Source of the DNA: Candidatus Heimdallarchaeota archaeon
GTDB lineage: Archaea > Asgardarchaeota > Heimdallarchaeia > JABLTI01
Assembly (NCBI GenBank): GCA_018238155.1
Contig: JABCTZ010000003.1
Span: 164,289 to 228,288, forward strand
Direction: 5' to 3'
DNA: 64,000 nucleotides
Part shown: positions 31,608 through 41,644 of the stretch, piece after piece
How positions within the stretch are numbered: the first letter of the stretch is position 1
How the letters are laid out: every line of letters begins with the position of its first letter
Position numbers and translations under genes: made by a program
The notes under the pieces: model-generated
Database searches by the model: none
The model's input: the letters and a program-made list of their open reading frames with translations, nothing else
What the model was told of the DNA's origin: nothing

Positions 31608-32174
31608 CTATATTGAGCTTACTGCATTGAGTTCTTTTCTTAAATCTTCAATATCGGTTTCAGTAAGATCAACTGCATCAGCTTCACTGAAATCAGATGG
31701 AGAAACATTGACTGATTTTGATTTAATTTCCATTTCTCTTTGTTGGAGCAATCTTTTCTCTCGAGCTTGAAGGTCTGATTGAATAGCATCAAAGAAACCT
31801 TTGAACTGTGTTAAATCAATGGGTGGTATTATCCAGAAATCATTTGGTTTGAAACTAAAGGATTCCATACCTAACCCGAATACACTCGAGCGAAGTTTAA
31901 TTAAATTAGTAAATTCTCCTAAATAAGTAACAATGCAGATTTTTCCATCTGTGGTTACAGGAAGCCAATCAATGGAATTTCGATTTCGAACCAAGGAGAC
32001 GACTCGTTTAAGTTTTTTCTCCTTATCACCTGCACAATTTTGAAAGACCCACAATGCGCAAACAGTATCTGTCTTTTCTGGTTCACCTTTTTTACTTTCA
32101 GTAGGGATTCTGATATCTTCTATCAAAAATTTCTTGCCTTTAGTGTTCTTTGATTGTGGACTCATTTGAATCAA
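31608..32174 (-). CDS. Hypothetical protein
   Basis: 188-aa ORF with GAGGGAG RBS-like sequence. Confidence 0.55.
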   Translation of the reverse strand: MIQMSPQSKNTKGKKFLIEDIRIPTESKKGEPEKTDTVCALWVFQNCAGDKEKKLKRVVSLVRNRNSIDWLPVTTDGKICIVTYLGEFTNLIKLRSSVFGLGMESFSFKPNDFWIIPPIDLTQFKGFFDAIQSDLQAREKRLLQQREMEIKSKSVNVSPSDFSEADAVDLTETDIEDLRKELNAVSSI

Positions 32175-32321
32175 GAGAAATAACTCCCTCTTAGTATTTT
32201 ACGTTTTCTCAAAGGACATAATGAAACCATAAGACATTTTGTGATTAAAACACTAAATTAAAAGAAGGTTTTTATCTCTAGAACTCTTAAAGGGTGCCTG
32301 TTGTCCAAAAGGTGAATTCCT

Positions 32322-33095
32322 ATGTCTAAAGAGAAAAATGGAACCATTATTCCCGGTGCAGAACCATTCTATATTGAAAAAGGAAAAGTAGGGTGCTTAT
32401 TATGCCATGGTTTTACTGGTACACCAAATGAAGTGCGTAAAGTAGGGGAATATTTGGCAAGTAAAGATATCACTGTTATTGGACCAAGATTACCTGGACA
32501 TGGAACGACAGTAAATGAACTAAAAACTACTGATTACAAAGATTGGTATCAAGAATATGAGCGAGCATATCAGAAATTAGCCAATGTTTGTGATGAAATA
32601 TTTATTGGAGGATTGTCATTGGGTGGTGCATTAACTTTGCATTTTGCTGCTCAAAATAATGTAACAGGTGTTATTTCTATGGCTGCTCCTGCGAAATTAA
32701 AGCAACCAGAGATGCCATTTCTACTTGCTTTCGGTTCGATATTTAGAAAAATAGCTGTAAAGAAAAATAAAAAAGAATTAGCTGGTCAAAAAAAATACAA
32801 TATTCTTGCATATAAAAAATACCCAATTGGATCAGCAAGATCATTATCAAAATTAATATTGAAAATCAAGAAAGATTTAGTTAACATTACAGCACCAATT
32901 TTGATAATTCAAGGATTACTTGACGCACGATGGTTAAGAGTATCATCATTAATCATTTTTGATAAAGTGTCATCAGATGATAAAGAATTAGTTTTACTTC
33001 GAGAATCGCCACACAATTTGACCGAAGGACCCGAAGTGGATAATGTTCAAAAAACAATTTATCAATTCATCAAAAGAAAATCCAAAAACTTATAA
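32322..33095 (+). CDS. Carboxylesterase/monoacylglycerol lipase (alpha/beta hydrolase)
   Basis: GAEPF, HGFTG, LPGHG, GLSLG nucleophile, IIQG..D, SPH. Confidence 0.92.
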   Translation: MSKEKNGTIIPGAEPFYIEKGKVGCLLCHGFTGTPNEVRKVGEYLASKDITVIGPRLPGHGTTVNELKTTDYKDWYQEYERAYQKLANVCDEIFIGGLSLGGALTLHFAAQNNVTGVISMAAPAKLKQPEMPFLLAFGSIFRKIAVKKNKKELAGQKKYNILAYKKYPIGSARSLSKLILKIKKDLVNITAPILIIQGLLDARWLRVSSLIIFDKVSSDDKELVLLRESPHNLTEGPEVDNVQKTIYQFIKRKSKNL

Positions 33096-33153
33096 CTTGG
33101 ATTTAGCGATAATTAAAAATAACTATTTTTTGATTAAGGGAATGTGATTATTT

Positions 33154-34048
33154 TTGACACAAAAATGGAGTTATTTGCAAAGCATTGATGAAATTACTGT
33201 AGGAAGATATTTTGAATATGATTTAGATGCATTGAATTTATTTAGAAAATGGCTTAAATTTATGACTGTTCCTGAGATAAAAGTATTGGAGATTGGGTCG
33301 GGTTCAGGTTTTTTTACCAATATTTTATTGACACTTTTTCCTGAAATAGAACTAACCTGTTTAGAACCAGATGAAGTTTTTGTAGAGAAATTAAAGGAAA
33401 GATTTGGAAAAAAAATTAACATCATCGTAGATGAAGTTGAAACGATGAGGATAAAGAAAAATACCTTTGATGTAGTAATTTCGCATATTGTTATTCACAA
33501 TCTTACAGAACCAGTAGTAGCATTGGAACAAATGAAACGAGTGGTAAAAATAAATGGTAGGGTAGTCGTTATTGAACCATTACCAGCATCTCGAAACTAT
33601 TATCCATCCGAAGAGGTTACTGATGCGTTTGACTTTCTCAATAAAGCAAGGATTCACAAATGTATACAAAGAGCGAAATCTATGACTATAGAGGCAAGTG
33701 TAAATCCATGGAAAAATTGCTATCCACGTTTTTACAAAGAAGTAGATTTAACTAATATCAATAATTATGGATGGACTTCTGTGTTTACTCTATCTGATGG
33801 TAGATACGATTATCATGAGAAAAAGAAATGGTTGAAGATGAGAACACAATTAATGGAAAATAGTAAAAGAGCAAATAGTAAAAACCCTCTTAGAAGCAGG
33901 AGAAAAGAAAGAGAATATAGAAGCCGCGTTTAAGGAAATTTCAGCTTATTTTAAGAAATTGAACAATGCCTCTAAAGAGGAAATGCTGGATATACATGAA
34001 CAAGAAATAGTTCATAGAATAATAGTGATAGGGCAAAAAACTGACTGA
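33154..34048 (+). pseudogene. Class I SAM methyltransferase split by a +1 frameshift near 33857-33860
   Basis: VLEIGSGSG, FDVV, GRVVVIEP; the +1 frame continues IVKEQIVK...HRIIVIGQKTD* to 34048. Confidence 0.75.
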
Positions 34049-34243
34049 GAGAGATATTTTTTTGCATTAGCTAAGGGGGGTTCTTTCTTGATTCTTGACT
34101 GTTCTTTTTATGTAAATAATTTCATTTAATCAGACAACCTCTCTAGTTTTGCTATTTTACTCATTTTTGGTTTTATTAGAAAAAGTATAAATTACCGCTA
34201 AATGATGTATAGTAATTTCTACACAAAATAGTTGGTTTGAACT

Positions 34244-35053
34244 ATGAGAAAAATTGTTACATATTATCTTTCTGCATCAATGGCAATGAAAAGAATATTA
34301 TGGCGTGCAATGCACCGATTCATTATCAACAAGTATAAAGGATCTGAATTAGTTTTCTTGAATTACGGATATGACTATTTAGATTCAAAAAAAGAATCTC
34401 CAAAACTGCAGGATATTGATGAAAAAGAAAGATATTGTCTACAGCTATATCACTCAACAGTAGCAGATGTTGAACTTAAAAATAGAGACATACTCGAAGT
34501 TGGTTGCGGTCGTGGTGGTGGAGCATCGTATATTACTCGTTATTTCAAACCAAAATCCTATATTGGTTTAGATATGTCTAAGGAAGTTATTAAATTTAAT
34601 AATAGATATCACAAGATGCCTGGTCTTTCTTTTGTGACCGGTAATGCTCAAAAACTTCCTTTTGAAGATCAATCATTTGATGCGATAGTAAATGTTGAGT
34701 CATCAAGAAGTTACAACGATATAGATGCTTTCATATCAGAAGTTCATCGAGCTCTTCGACCTAAGGGATATCTATTGTTTGCTGACATTCGAACCGAAGA
34801 AGAAAATGAGCTGTTAAGAGAGCGATTCAACAGGTTTGGCTTAAAAGTAATAAAAGAAGTTAATATTATACAGAATGTTGTCACAGCACTTAACTTGGAT
34901 TCTGAAAGACGATGTGACCTCATAAAAAAGAAGACACCTAAAATGTTTCATGGGTTTGCAGAAGAATTCTCGAGTACAAAAGATTCAAAACGATATGAAG
35001 AGTTTGCTGATGGTACTATGATCTACTTACAATATGTACTTCAAAAAGAATAA
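34244..35053 (+). CDS. Class I SAM methyltransferase (fatty-acid/phthiotriol O-MTase-like)
   Basis: FLNYGY, RYCLQLYH, LEVGCGRGGG, NVESS, LRPKG. Confidence 0.88.
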   Translation: MRKIVTYYLSASMAMKRILWRAMHRFIINKYKGSELVFLNYGYDYLDSKKESPKLQDIDEKERYCLQLYHSTVADVELKNRDILEVGCGRGGGASYITRYFKPKSYIGLDMSKEVIKFNNRYHKMPGLSFVTGNAQKLPFEDQSFDAIVNVESSRSYNDIDAFISEVHRALRPKGYLLFADIRTEEENELLRERFNRFGLKVIKEVNIIQNVVTALNLDSERRCDLIKKKTPKMFHGFAEEFSSTKDSKRYEEFADGTMIYLQYVLQKE

Positions 35054-35159
35054 TTGTGATGAAACAAAAAACTGGTGTTAGAGAGTACTATTTCACAATT
35101 TTGGGCATTTCATTGAAGGAAAGTTTATATTTGCAAAGTCAGACCTCATACTGATTGAT

Positions 35160-35597
35160 ATGTGGGTGCTTGATATCCTATCCAATATTGGAAAAATGAG
35201 TCCAATTCAAATTGCTATTCTAATGGAATATGCTCGATATAAAGGAGGACCAAGAAAAATAACGGAAATTTTGAACATTCTCTCTGAAGATTACGAGGGT
35301 CTTTGGATTCCAAAGAAAGGAACAATTTATCCGGCAGTGCACAACTTACATGTTCGAGGATATCTAAAATTACATGCAATAAAACCATATGGATATAGTA
35401 TCTCTGATAACGGAATAAAACTAATTGAGGATGTAATGTCGAATTTAGAAATTCAATTGAAAGCATATCTGAAATTTATGACAAAAATGTTAGAACACTA
35501 CTCTCAAATTAATAAAACAGAAGCAGCAAAATTGGTAAAAGTTCAACAAGTGATATTACAAGAACAGCTAGAGATATTAAAAAAATTACCTAAATAA
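35160..35597 (+). CDS. PadR-family transcription regulator
   Basis: W.PKKGTIYPAVHNL...GY...YSIS..G. Confidence 0.8.
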   Translation: MWVLDILSNIGKMSPIQIAILMEYARYKGGPRKITEILNILSEDYEGLWIPKKGTIYPAVHNLHVRGYLKLHAIKPYGYSISDNGIKLIEDVMSNLEIQLKAYLKFMTKMLEHYSQINKTEAAKLVKVQQVILQEQLEILKKLPK

Positions 35598-35601
35598 GAA
35601 G

Positions 35602-35678
35602 TGGAGCCGCTGACGGGATTTGAACCCGCGATCCTTTGATTACGAATCAAATGCTTTACCGAGCTAAGCCACAACGGC
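35602..35678 (-). tRNA. tRNA-Thr(CGU), intronless, CCA encoded
   Basis: Reverse complement GCCGTTG..GCTT..AAGC TTTGA-TT CGT AA-TCAAA GCGGG TTCAAAT CCCGT CAGCGGC T CCA folds as a cloverleaf. Confidence 0.96.
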
Positions 35679-35816
35679 TAGAGATTATTTTCTTTACCAA
35701 TATTTTTGCTTAATATTTCTTCCTATTCAGCGAATAATTTTAACTTGTAGTCGTTTGAATTTAAGGAAAATATTGTCGTTAAATAATAGCTTGCTCTCAC
35801 CTAGAATTTTGGGAAT

Positions 35817-36473
35817 CTACTTTTTGGACTTTCTAATTATTATCAAAGTTGAGATAACTACACATCCAAAATACATAATGAATGATTTTTGGTATCCAAC
35901 TGCAACTGATGGTAAACATCCAAAGTCAATATCAGCAATTCCATTTTCAATCCTCAAAATTGTTTCATTATATACTACCGTGGGAACACAATAAACAAAC
36001 ATCCATACTGTATAGATACCATCTGGTAATATTTCAAGTTCTGTTTCATTAATTGCTAAATAATAGCCACTTTTTTTGTGAGTTATTCCTGGATCAACAT
36101 CAATATAACCTATAGCACAAGCATAACCCCATCCATAGTCATAAGTATCTAAACTTTTGTTTGCAAAATCTGTAGTCATATTTGCCTGAAAAGAACAAAG
36201 ATATGGTGTAACTATTGTAACTTTATGTAAAGTTAGATTTCGAATTGAAAAATCAATTGAGAAATTAAAGTGTGAATAACCTTCTCCCGGATTATTTAAA
36301 TCTGTTTTACTCCAAGAAATATTTGTAATTGCAGTACTAATTGTGACATTATTATAAGCAATGCTTCTCTTTGAGTGTGTGTTAGTAAATATAATCACAA
36401 TAAGAAATATCATTATCCAAATTTTCTTGTACATTTTATTCATAACAATACAAGCGGTTTTTACTATAAACAT
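35817..36473 (-). CDS. Exported hypothetical protein with C-terminal anchor
   Basis: KK plus hydrophobic signal, beta-rich body, C-terminal hydrophobic segment and RKSKK; start probably downstream of 36473. Confidence 0.6.
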   Translation of the reverse strand: MFIVKTACIVMNKMYKKIWIMIFLIVIIFTNTHSKRSIAYNNVTISTAITNISWSKTDLNNPGEGYSHFNFSIDFSIRNLTLHKVTIVTPYLCSFQANMTTDFANKSLDTYDYGWGYACAIGYIDVDPGITHKKSGYYLAINETELEILPDGIYTVWMFVYCVPTVVYNETILRIENGIADIDFGCLPSVAVGYQKSFIMYFGCVVISTLIIIRKSKK

Positions 36474-36590
36474 TTTCTGGTAAAATCTTCATCCTCAAAG
36501 GATTTAAGTATTGGTTTTGTAAAGATTCGTATTACCATTGGAGGATTCTCTTCCAAATTATTTATTTTATCAAAGGTGAACGATGAAACA

Positions 36591-36752
36591 ATGAACTTAA
36601 TTTCAGTAAAGATTCCGGAAAACTCTCTTGAAGGATTAGATGATTTGGTGAGATTGGGAGTCTATCCAAGTAGATCTGAGGCAATCAGGGTTGCAATAAG
36701 AGATCTTTTGAGAAAAGAACTCTGGGAAAGTAAAAAACGGAAAGGTCAATAA
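36591..36752 (+). CDS. Ribbon-helix-helix protein, CdrS/aCcr1-like
   Basis: MNLISVKIP...[21 protein letters not shown]; AGGTGA upstream. Confidence 0.85.
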   Translation: MNLISVKIPENSLEGLDDLVRLGVYPSRSEAIRVAIRDLLRKELWESKKRKGQ

Positions 36753-36859
36753 TTAGCTGTCCATATTTTCATTATTTTGATATACATTAATATCATTGAT
36801 TATTACAGATATTTCTGAGGGTTGCAACTGTTCTCATAGAGTATGGATAATTAGACCAT

Positions 36860-37088
36860 TTCATCTCTGGAAACGATTGCTTTTGTGTATCGAATTACTT
36901 TTGTCCATCTCCTTGAACGAAATGTAAATAGGAACCTCTTCAAAAGAGAAGAAGAATCAACCTATCTGAAGTACAAGGTGGTTCTTTTAAAAAAAACTGC
37001 TTGCCTTTGAGGCTCGTACCAGCCCCGTGCCCTACATGGACTCGGGAATCCCTCACCTAACTGTTCCTGGTGGGGACTCAGAGATGAA
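36860..37088 (-). ncRNA. Candidate structured non-coding RNA (~230 nt), family not recognised
   Basis: 10-bp terminal inverted repeat enclosing several hairpins; GC-rich island; G-U pairs favour the minus strand. Confidence 0.5.
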
Positions 37089-37176
37089 CTGTAACAATTT
37101 GCTTGTCATGGTAACTGGGAAGGGATAAATAGCTTAATGCCCTATTTGTCCTTATAAAAAGGAACGGTAATGAATT

Positions 37177-37593
37177 ATGGTGATCTACTCTGCAGAAATT
37201 GATTTGGATACTGAAGGCGAGATTCAGATTTTTGATATTACTTTGAATGTCAGGAATGTGGTCAAAGATTCTGGTATAAAAAATGGTTTGGTCAATGTTT
37301 TTATTCCAGGTGCTACTGGAGCAATATCTACAATGGAATATGAACCAAGAATGGTTGATGATACGATTAACCTGCTTAAAAAGCTCATTCCAAAGGGTGT
37401 TGGTTACCAGCATGACCATCAAGATGATAATGCACACAGTCATCTTCGAGCTACAATGTTATCTCCAGAAGTAACTCTACCCATTATCAAAAAAGCACCC
37501 ATCCTGGGGACCTGGCAACAAATTGTCTTTATCGAGCTTGATACTAGAGGTCGAGAAAGAAAGCTCATTGTAACTGTAATGGGTGACAAATAA
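37177..37593 (+). CDS. yjbQ: YjbQ/UPF0047 secondary thiamine-phosphate synthase family
   Basis: DIT, GATG, EYEP, DNAHSHLRA, LGTWQQI.FIE.D. Confidence 0.92.
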   Translation: MVIYSAEIDLDTEGEIQIFDITLNVRNVVKDSGIKNGLVNVFIPGATGAISTMEYEPRMVDDTINLLKKLIPKGVGYQHDHQDDNAHSHLRATMLSPEVTLPIIKKAPILGTWQQIVFIELDTRGRERKLIVTVMGDK

Positions 37594-37621
37594 GCTAAAT
37601 TGTTTATACAAAACGTGAGGA

Positions 37622-37855
37622 TTGTTCTTGGACGTTAAAGAATTTATTGTTATTCGCTGCCCAAAATGTGGGAAATGGACCTATGCTAAAACGACGCAAA
37701 AATCACGTTTTTGTAGCCGTTGCGAAAAACAATTCAAAATTGACCCAATAAAAGTTGTTTATGCAGAAACCCATAAGCAAGCTCAAATGATGGTAAAAGT
37801 AAGAAATGAGCAGGAGATGTATCAGTCTCCATTATTCAAAGCAAAGAAACGATGA
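37622..37855 (+). CDS. Small Zn-ribbon protein (DUF1922-like)
   Basis: VIRCPKCG..YA.....K.RFCSRC. Confidence 0.7.
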   Translation: MFLDVKEFIVIRCPKCGKWTYAKTTQKSRFCSRCEKQFKIDPIKVVYAETHKQAQMMVKVRNEQEMYQSPLFKAKKR

Positions 37856-38071
37856 TAATTATTTAGTCAAAGAGGACTTCTGTTCTCACATTTTTTCTAT
37901 TTCAAATATTTATTTTGTCTAGAAAGAATAAAAGTAATTTATATGGTATATAAGCTTAAAATGAAACAATTTCAGATATTAATCGTTATTGAGAGAAGCA
38001 AGGAAAAATATTTTAAAGGCAAACTTTCTTATCAGCATTAGTTCTGAGAAAAAGTAAGTTTTGGAACATTC

Positions 38072-38269
38072 GTGGTGAAGAAATTGAAACCAAGATCATG
38101 GCTTATCCTAATCATTGCAATTGGAACGATTTCGTTAACAATTGGGCTTGTACTAGGATTACAAAATGAATTAGTGAATATGTTTAACATTGATCCAACA
38201 GCTATCGCTGCTTTCGAGGATATTCTTGAGCAATATTTAGCTGGCATACCACTACCTAAAGCAGTTTAA
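38072..38269 (+). CDS. Small single-TM protein
   Basis: Basic N-terminus then hydrophobic helix; directly upstream of Fe-S membrane protein. Confidence 0.45.
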   Translation: MVKKLKPRSWLILIIAIGTISLTIGLVLGLQNELVNMFNIDPTAIAAFEDILEQYLAGIPLPKAV

Positions 38270-38289
38270 AAATAAACAAAGAAAATGCG

Positions 38290-39255
38290 GTGAAAATCAA
38301 CATGGGCACACGTTCTTCTCAAGATAACAAAATAAAAACATTTAGCCTGCGCGTACTTGATGCAATGAATTCCAGAAAAGTCCGCCTTCTAAGATGGATC
38401 GTTCAAATTTTCTCATTTGTTTTACTAAACGGCGGTTTGATTGGTTTAGGATGGACACAGATACCTTTACCAATAGAACAGCCAAGTCTTAATCCATTTA
38501 CAACTATTGTAAGTGCTTTTGAATCATTTCAAGCATTTATCTCACAGGGAATGTTTCCGTTTCTAGTATTTGGAATAAGCTTACTAATTGGTGGTATATT
38601 TGGTAGAATGCTTTGTAGTTGGGTTTGTCCCTTTGGTTTTTTCCAAGATTTACTCAGACTAGTTCCAGTTAAGAAATGGAAAATTTCAAAACCACTTAAC
38701 AAAGGTTTGAGAGATATTCGAGCAGTTATTTTCTGGGCGGCAGTAATTATTGCCGGTTTCCTTGGTTACAGATATCTGATTGGTGAGAGCCTTCAAGGTA
38801 ATTTCAGTTTCTTTGACAGTCAACCATGGACACCTTTGAATCCTGTAGCAACATTGTTTGTTATGTTCTTTTATATGATTTTCAATGGAAACTATCCAGG
38901 TGGAGCAGAATCATTTGAAATAGGCAATTGGACATTTATGTTCTACTTTAGAGTAGTTATTTTACTTGCAGTAATCATTGTAAGTATCTTTGTTCCAAGA
39001 TTCTATTGTCGATATGTCTGTCCAACAGGTTACGCAATGGGCTTTACAGCAAAATACAGTCTAATTGGTATTGCTAGAAATCCTGCAAGATGCACACGGT
39101 GTGGAGCTTGTGAGGATATGTGCGAAACAACAGCAATGCAAGTGCCTATCTTGGACTATAGTTATAAACGAGTCAGAGATGAAAACTGTACAAATTGTGG
39201 AAACTGTTTGGATGCTTGTCCTCACGGTGCAATCCATTTCAAATTCAAAGCTTAG
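38290..39255 (+). CDS. NapH/MauN/RdxA-type membrane 4Fe-4S protein
   Basis: GR..CSWVCPFG, RFYCRYVCP.G, CxxCxxCxxxC and CxxCxxCxxxCP. Confidence 0.9.
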   Translation: MKINMGTRSSQDNKIKTFSLRVLDAMNSRKVRLLRWIVQIFSFVLLNGGLIGLGWTQIPLPIEQPSLNPFTTIVSAFESFQAFISQGMFPFLVFGISLLIGGIFGRMLCSWVCPFGFFQDLLRLVPVKKWKISKPLNKGLRDIRAVIFWAAVIIAGFLGYRYLIGESLQGNFSFFDSQPWTPLNPVATLFVMFFYMIFNGNYPGGAESFEIGNWTFMFYFRVVILLAVIIVSIFVPRFYCRYVCPTGYAMGFTAKYSLIGIARNPARCTRCGACEDMCETTAMQVPILDYSYKRVRDENCTNCGNCLDACPHGAIHFKFKA

Positions 39256-39531
39256 GGAAATCGCTTCGTGCGAATTCATTCCTTTTTCTTCTTTTATTTC
39301 ATTTATACTAAACATAATGTGATTAAACGTAGCGAAAAAAAATATTTAAGAAAACTACAATGGGTGTGCTGTGTTGATGGAACTACTAATTTGATAAAGA
39401 CCAAATCAGTAGTAGTTTTGTCAAATTTTTTGTGGTTGAAGAAAAAATCAATTATTTAATTTCTATCTTTTTCCCACAAAAATTAATTAAGGACGAATTT
39501 TAACTTAATAAGCTGATTAAGGTGCATAATT

Positions 39532-40281
39532 ATGTTCGAAAGTATAAAACAAGCTGTGTCACTTGTAAAAGAACTTGAAGCTAAAGAACGAATTCAGAGT
39601 TATGTGCTGACAGGTGCAGGTATTTCAAAAGGATCTGGTATACCAACATTTCGAGGTGAAGATGGATTATGGGATACTTATGATTTTGAAGAAGTAGCTA
39701 CTTTAGAGGGCTGGATGAGAAATCCTGAAAAAATATGGCTGATGTACCAGGAAGGCATTCACCAAATATTTGATGCAAAACCAAATGCGGCACACAAGGC
39801 ATTAGTGGAATTGGAAAAGAATGGCTATTGTCATTATATTATTACTCAGAATGTTGATTCATTACACCAAAAAGCAGGGTCGGAAAATGTTATTGAAGTC
39901 CACGGGAATATTGCTAGAATCAAATGTATTATTTGTGGTAAGTTTCAACAATTAAAAGAAACACCAAAAATAGTTCCTCCTATGTGCTCTTGCGGTGGTA
40001 TGATGAGACCAGATGTTACTTTATTTAATGAACCATTACCTGAAGATGAAATTACCAAATCTTTTGAAATTGCAAATAAGGCAAATCTCGTTTTGATTGT
40101 TGGAACAAGTGCAGAGGTGTATCCTGCTGCTCGATTGCCTTCAATTTCTAAAAAAAATGGCGCGAAAATAATCGTTTTTAATTTTGAACAAACTGAGCAT
40201 GTCAATATTGCCGATTCCTTTATAGAAGGAAAAAGTGAGAAGACATTACCAATATTCATTGAAATGCTTCTAAATCGATAA
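39532..40281 (+). CDS. cobB: Sir2/CobB NAD-dependent deacylase
   Basis: TGAGIS..SGIPTFRG, TQNVD, EVHG, Zn Cys pairs, GTSA.VYPAA. Confidence 0.95.
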   Translation: MFESIKQAVSLVKELEAKERIQSYVLTGAGISKGSGIPTFRGEDGLWDTYDFEEVATLEGWMRNPEKIWLMYQEGIHQIFDAKPNAAHKALVELEKNGYCHYIITQNVDSLHQKAGSENVIEVHGNIARIKCIICGKFQQLKETPKIVPPMCSCGGMMRPDVTLFNEPLPEDEITKSFEIANKANLVLIVGTSAEVYPAARLPSISKKNGAKIIVFNFEQTEHVNIADSFIEGKSEKTLPIFIEMLLNR

Positions 40282-40376
40282 ATTGACATTTTGGATAGCT
40301 TTTTAATGAAATTCAATCGGAAAATTTACATTCAAGAACTAAATCATTTGTAATTGAATCATTGGAGTAAAACAAA

Positions 40377-41639
40377 ATGAAAACTTATCTTGCGATTTCA
40401 TATGTAGGACCCTTTCTCTTGGATGAAGAGGGTAATATTATTGATGTTCGCTATTTTGAGCTCGAACCAGCCCAAGTTGCTGAAAAATTGATCATGTTGG
40501 ATGGTGGAGAACTGCCAAAAGAATTGACAGAAATGTTAAAAGAACATCCAAATGACGAAATTTCAGTTCAACGTCCAGATATTGGAAGGACTCTCTCTGG
40601 AAAAGGCAACAAAGTTTTAAGAAATTATGAAAATTTAATAATTGACAAATTCCACAAAGAAATAATAGATCAAGTTGTAAATTCCGGTCTATTCTCTGAT
40701 GATTACAAATACAGAAAGTTCCTAAGAGAAGTTAATATTCTAATCACTCGTGAAAGAGTTAGACAAGCAGCAGAAAAAAGAGATAGATTGGTTGTTCATG
40801 CAATTGAAACAATAGATGATTTAGATAAAACACTCAATTTATTCGCTGGGAGGTTGCGAGAATTTTATGGCATGCATTTTCCAGAATTGGTTGATGCAAT
40901 CGAAAATCATTATACTTTTGCGATAATTGTTAGCAAAACCGGCGACAAGTCAAACATTGATAAAAAATTGCTTACTGATGAACTTCATCTTCCTACTAAA
41001 AAAGCCCAGGCTCTACTTGATGCACGAGAAAAATCGATGGGTTCAACGCTCCTTGACCGCGATATTGAAATCATTCAAGAACAAGCCAAAATTGTGGCTG
41101 ATTTGTATGTTAGAAGAATAGCCTTAGAAAAATGGATGGAGGAAACAATGTCCGCAATAGCACCAAATATTTGTGGTGTAACAAGCGCTCTTATTGGTGC
41201 TCGATTAATAGCGCTAGCGGGTAGTCTTAGAAATCTTGCTATGGCACCATCAAGTAAAGTACAAATATTGGGCGCAGAGAAAGCACTTTATCGGACAATT
41301 AAAACAGGTGCACCCCCTCCAAAACACGGAATTATTTTTCAAGATCCAAAATTAAATCAAGCAAAATGGTGGTTAAGAGGTAAAATTGCTCGAGTAATTG
41401 CAGGAAGGCTATCTATTGCCGCTCGAATGGATTTCTTTGAGGCTGATGACAATTCAAAAGAAATTGCTAAAGATTTGGAAAGAAAAATTAATGAAATAAA
41501 AACCAAATATCCTGAACCTTCTGACAAACCGAAAAGAACTCAAACTCCTAGAACGAGATCACATTCAAATCAGAAATCAAGGCAGCCAAAAACATCTAGT
41601 AAATACAAAGGTGGAGAGCGTTCCCAAAGAAGACGATAA
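40377..41639 (+). CDS. nop5: Box C/D sRNP protein Nop5 (Nop56/58)
   Basis: RLREFYG.HFPEL, SMG, APN, QILGAEKAL, PKHG.IF, RGKIAR. Confidence 0.96.
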   Translation: MKTYLAISYVGPFLLDEEGNIIDVRYFELEPAQVAEKLIMLDGGELPKELTEMLKEHPNDEISVQRPDIGRTLSGKGNKVLRNYENLIIDKFHKEIIDQVVNSGLFSDDYKYRKFLREVNILITRERVRQAAEKRDRLVVHAIETIDDLDKTLNLFAGRLREFYGMHFPELVDAIENHYTFAIIVSKTGDKSNIDKKLLTDELHLPTKKAQALLDAREKSMGSTLLDRDIEIIQEQAKIVADLYVRRIALEKWMEETMSAIAPNICGVTSALIGARLIALAGSLRNLAMAPSSKVQILGAEKALYRTIKTGAPPPKHGIIFQDPKLNQAKWWLRGKIARVIAGRLSIAARMDFFEADDNSKEIAKDLERKINEIKTKYPEPSDKPKRTQTPRTRSHSNQKSRQPKTSSKYKGGERSQRRR

Positions 41640-41644
41640 GGAAT

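Noticed and set aside
35602-36473. Integrated element at tRNA-Thr
   Set aside because: No integrase and no duplicated tRNA 3' end found in the window
36860-37088. SRP RNA or RNase P RNA
   Set aside because: No helix-8 CAGG..GGAA..AGCA and no GAGGAAAGUCC / ACAGAA..GCUUA motifs seen on either strand
36990-37150. TPP or cobalamin riboswitch upstream of yjbQ
   Set aside because: Lacks the CUGAGA/ACCUGAU core and the B12-box order; G-U pairs favour the opposite strand
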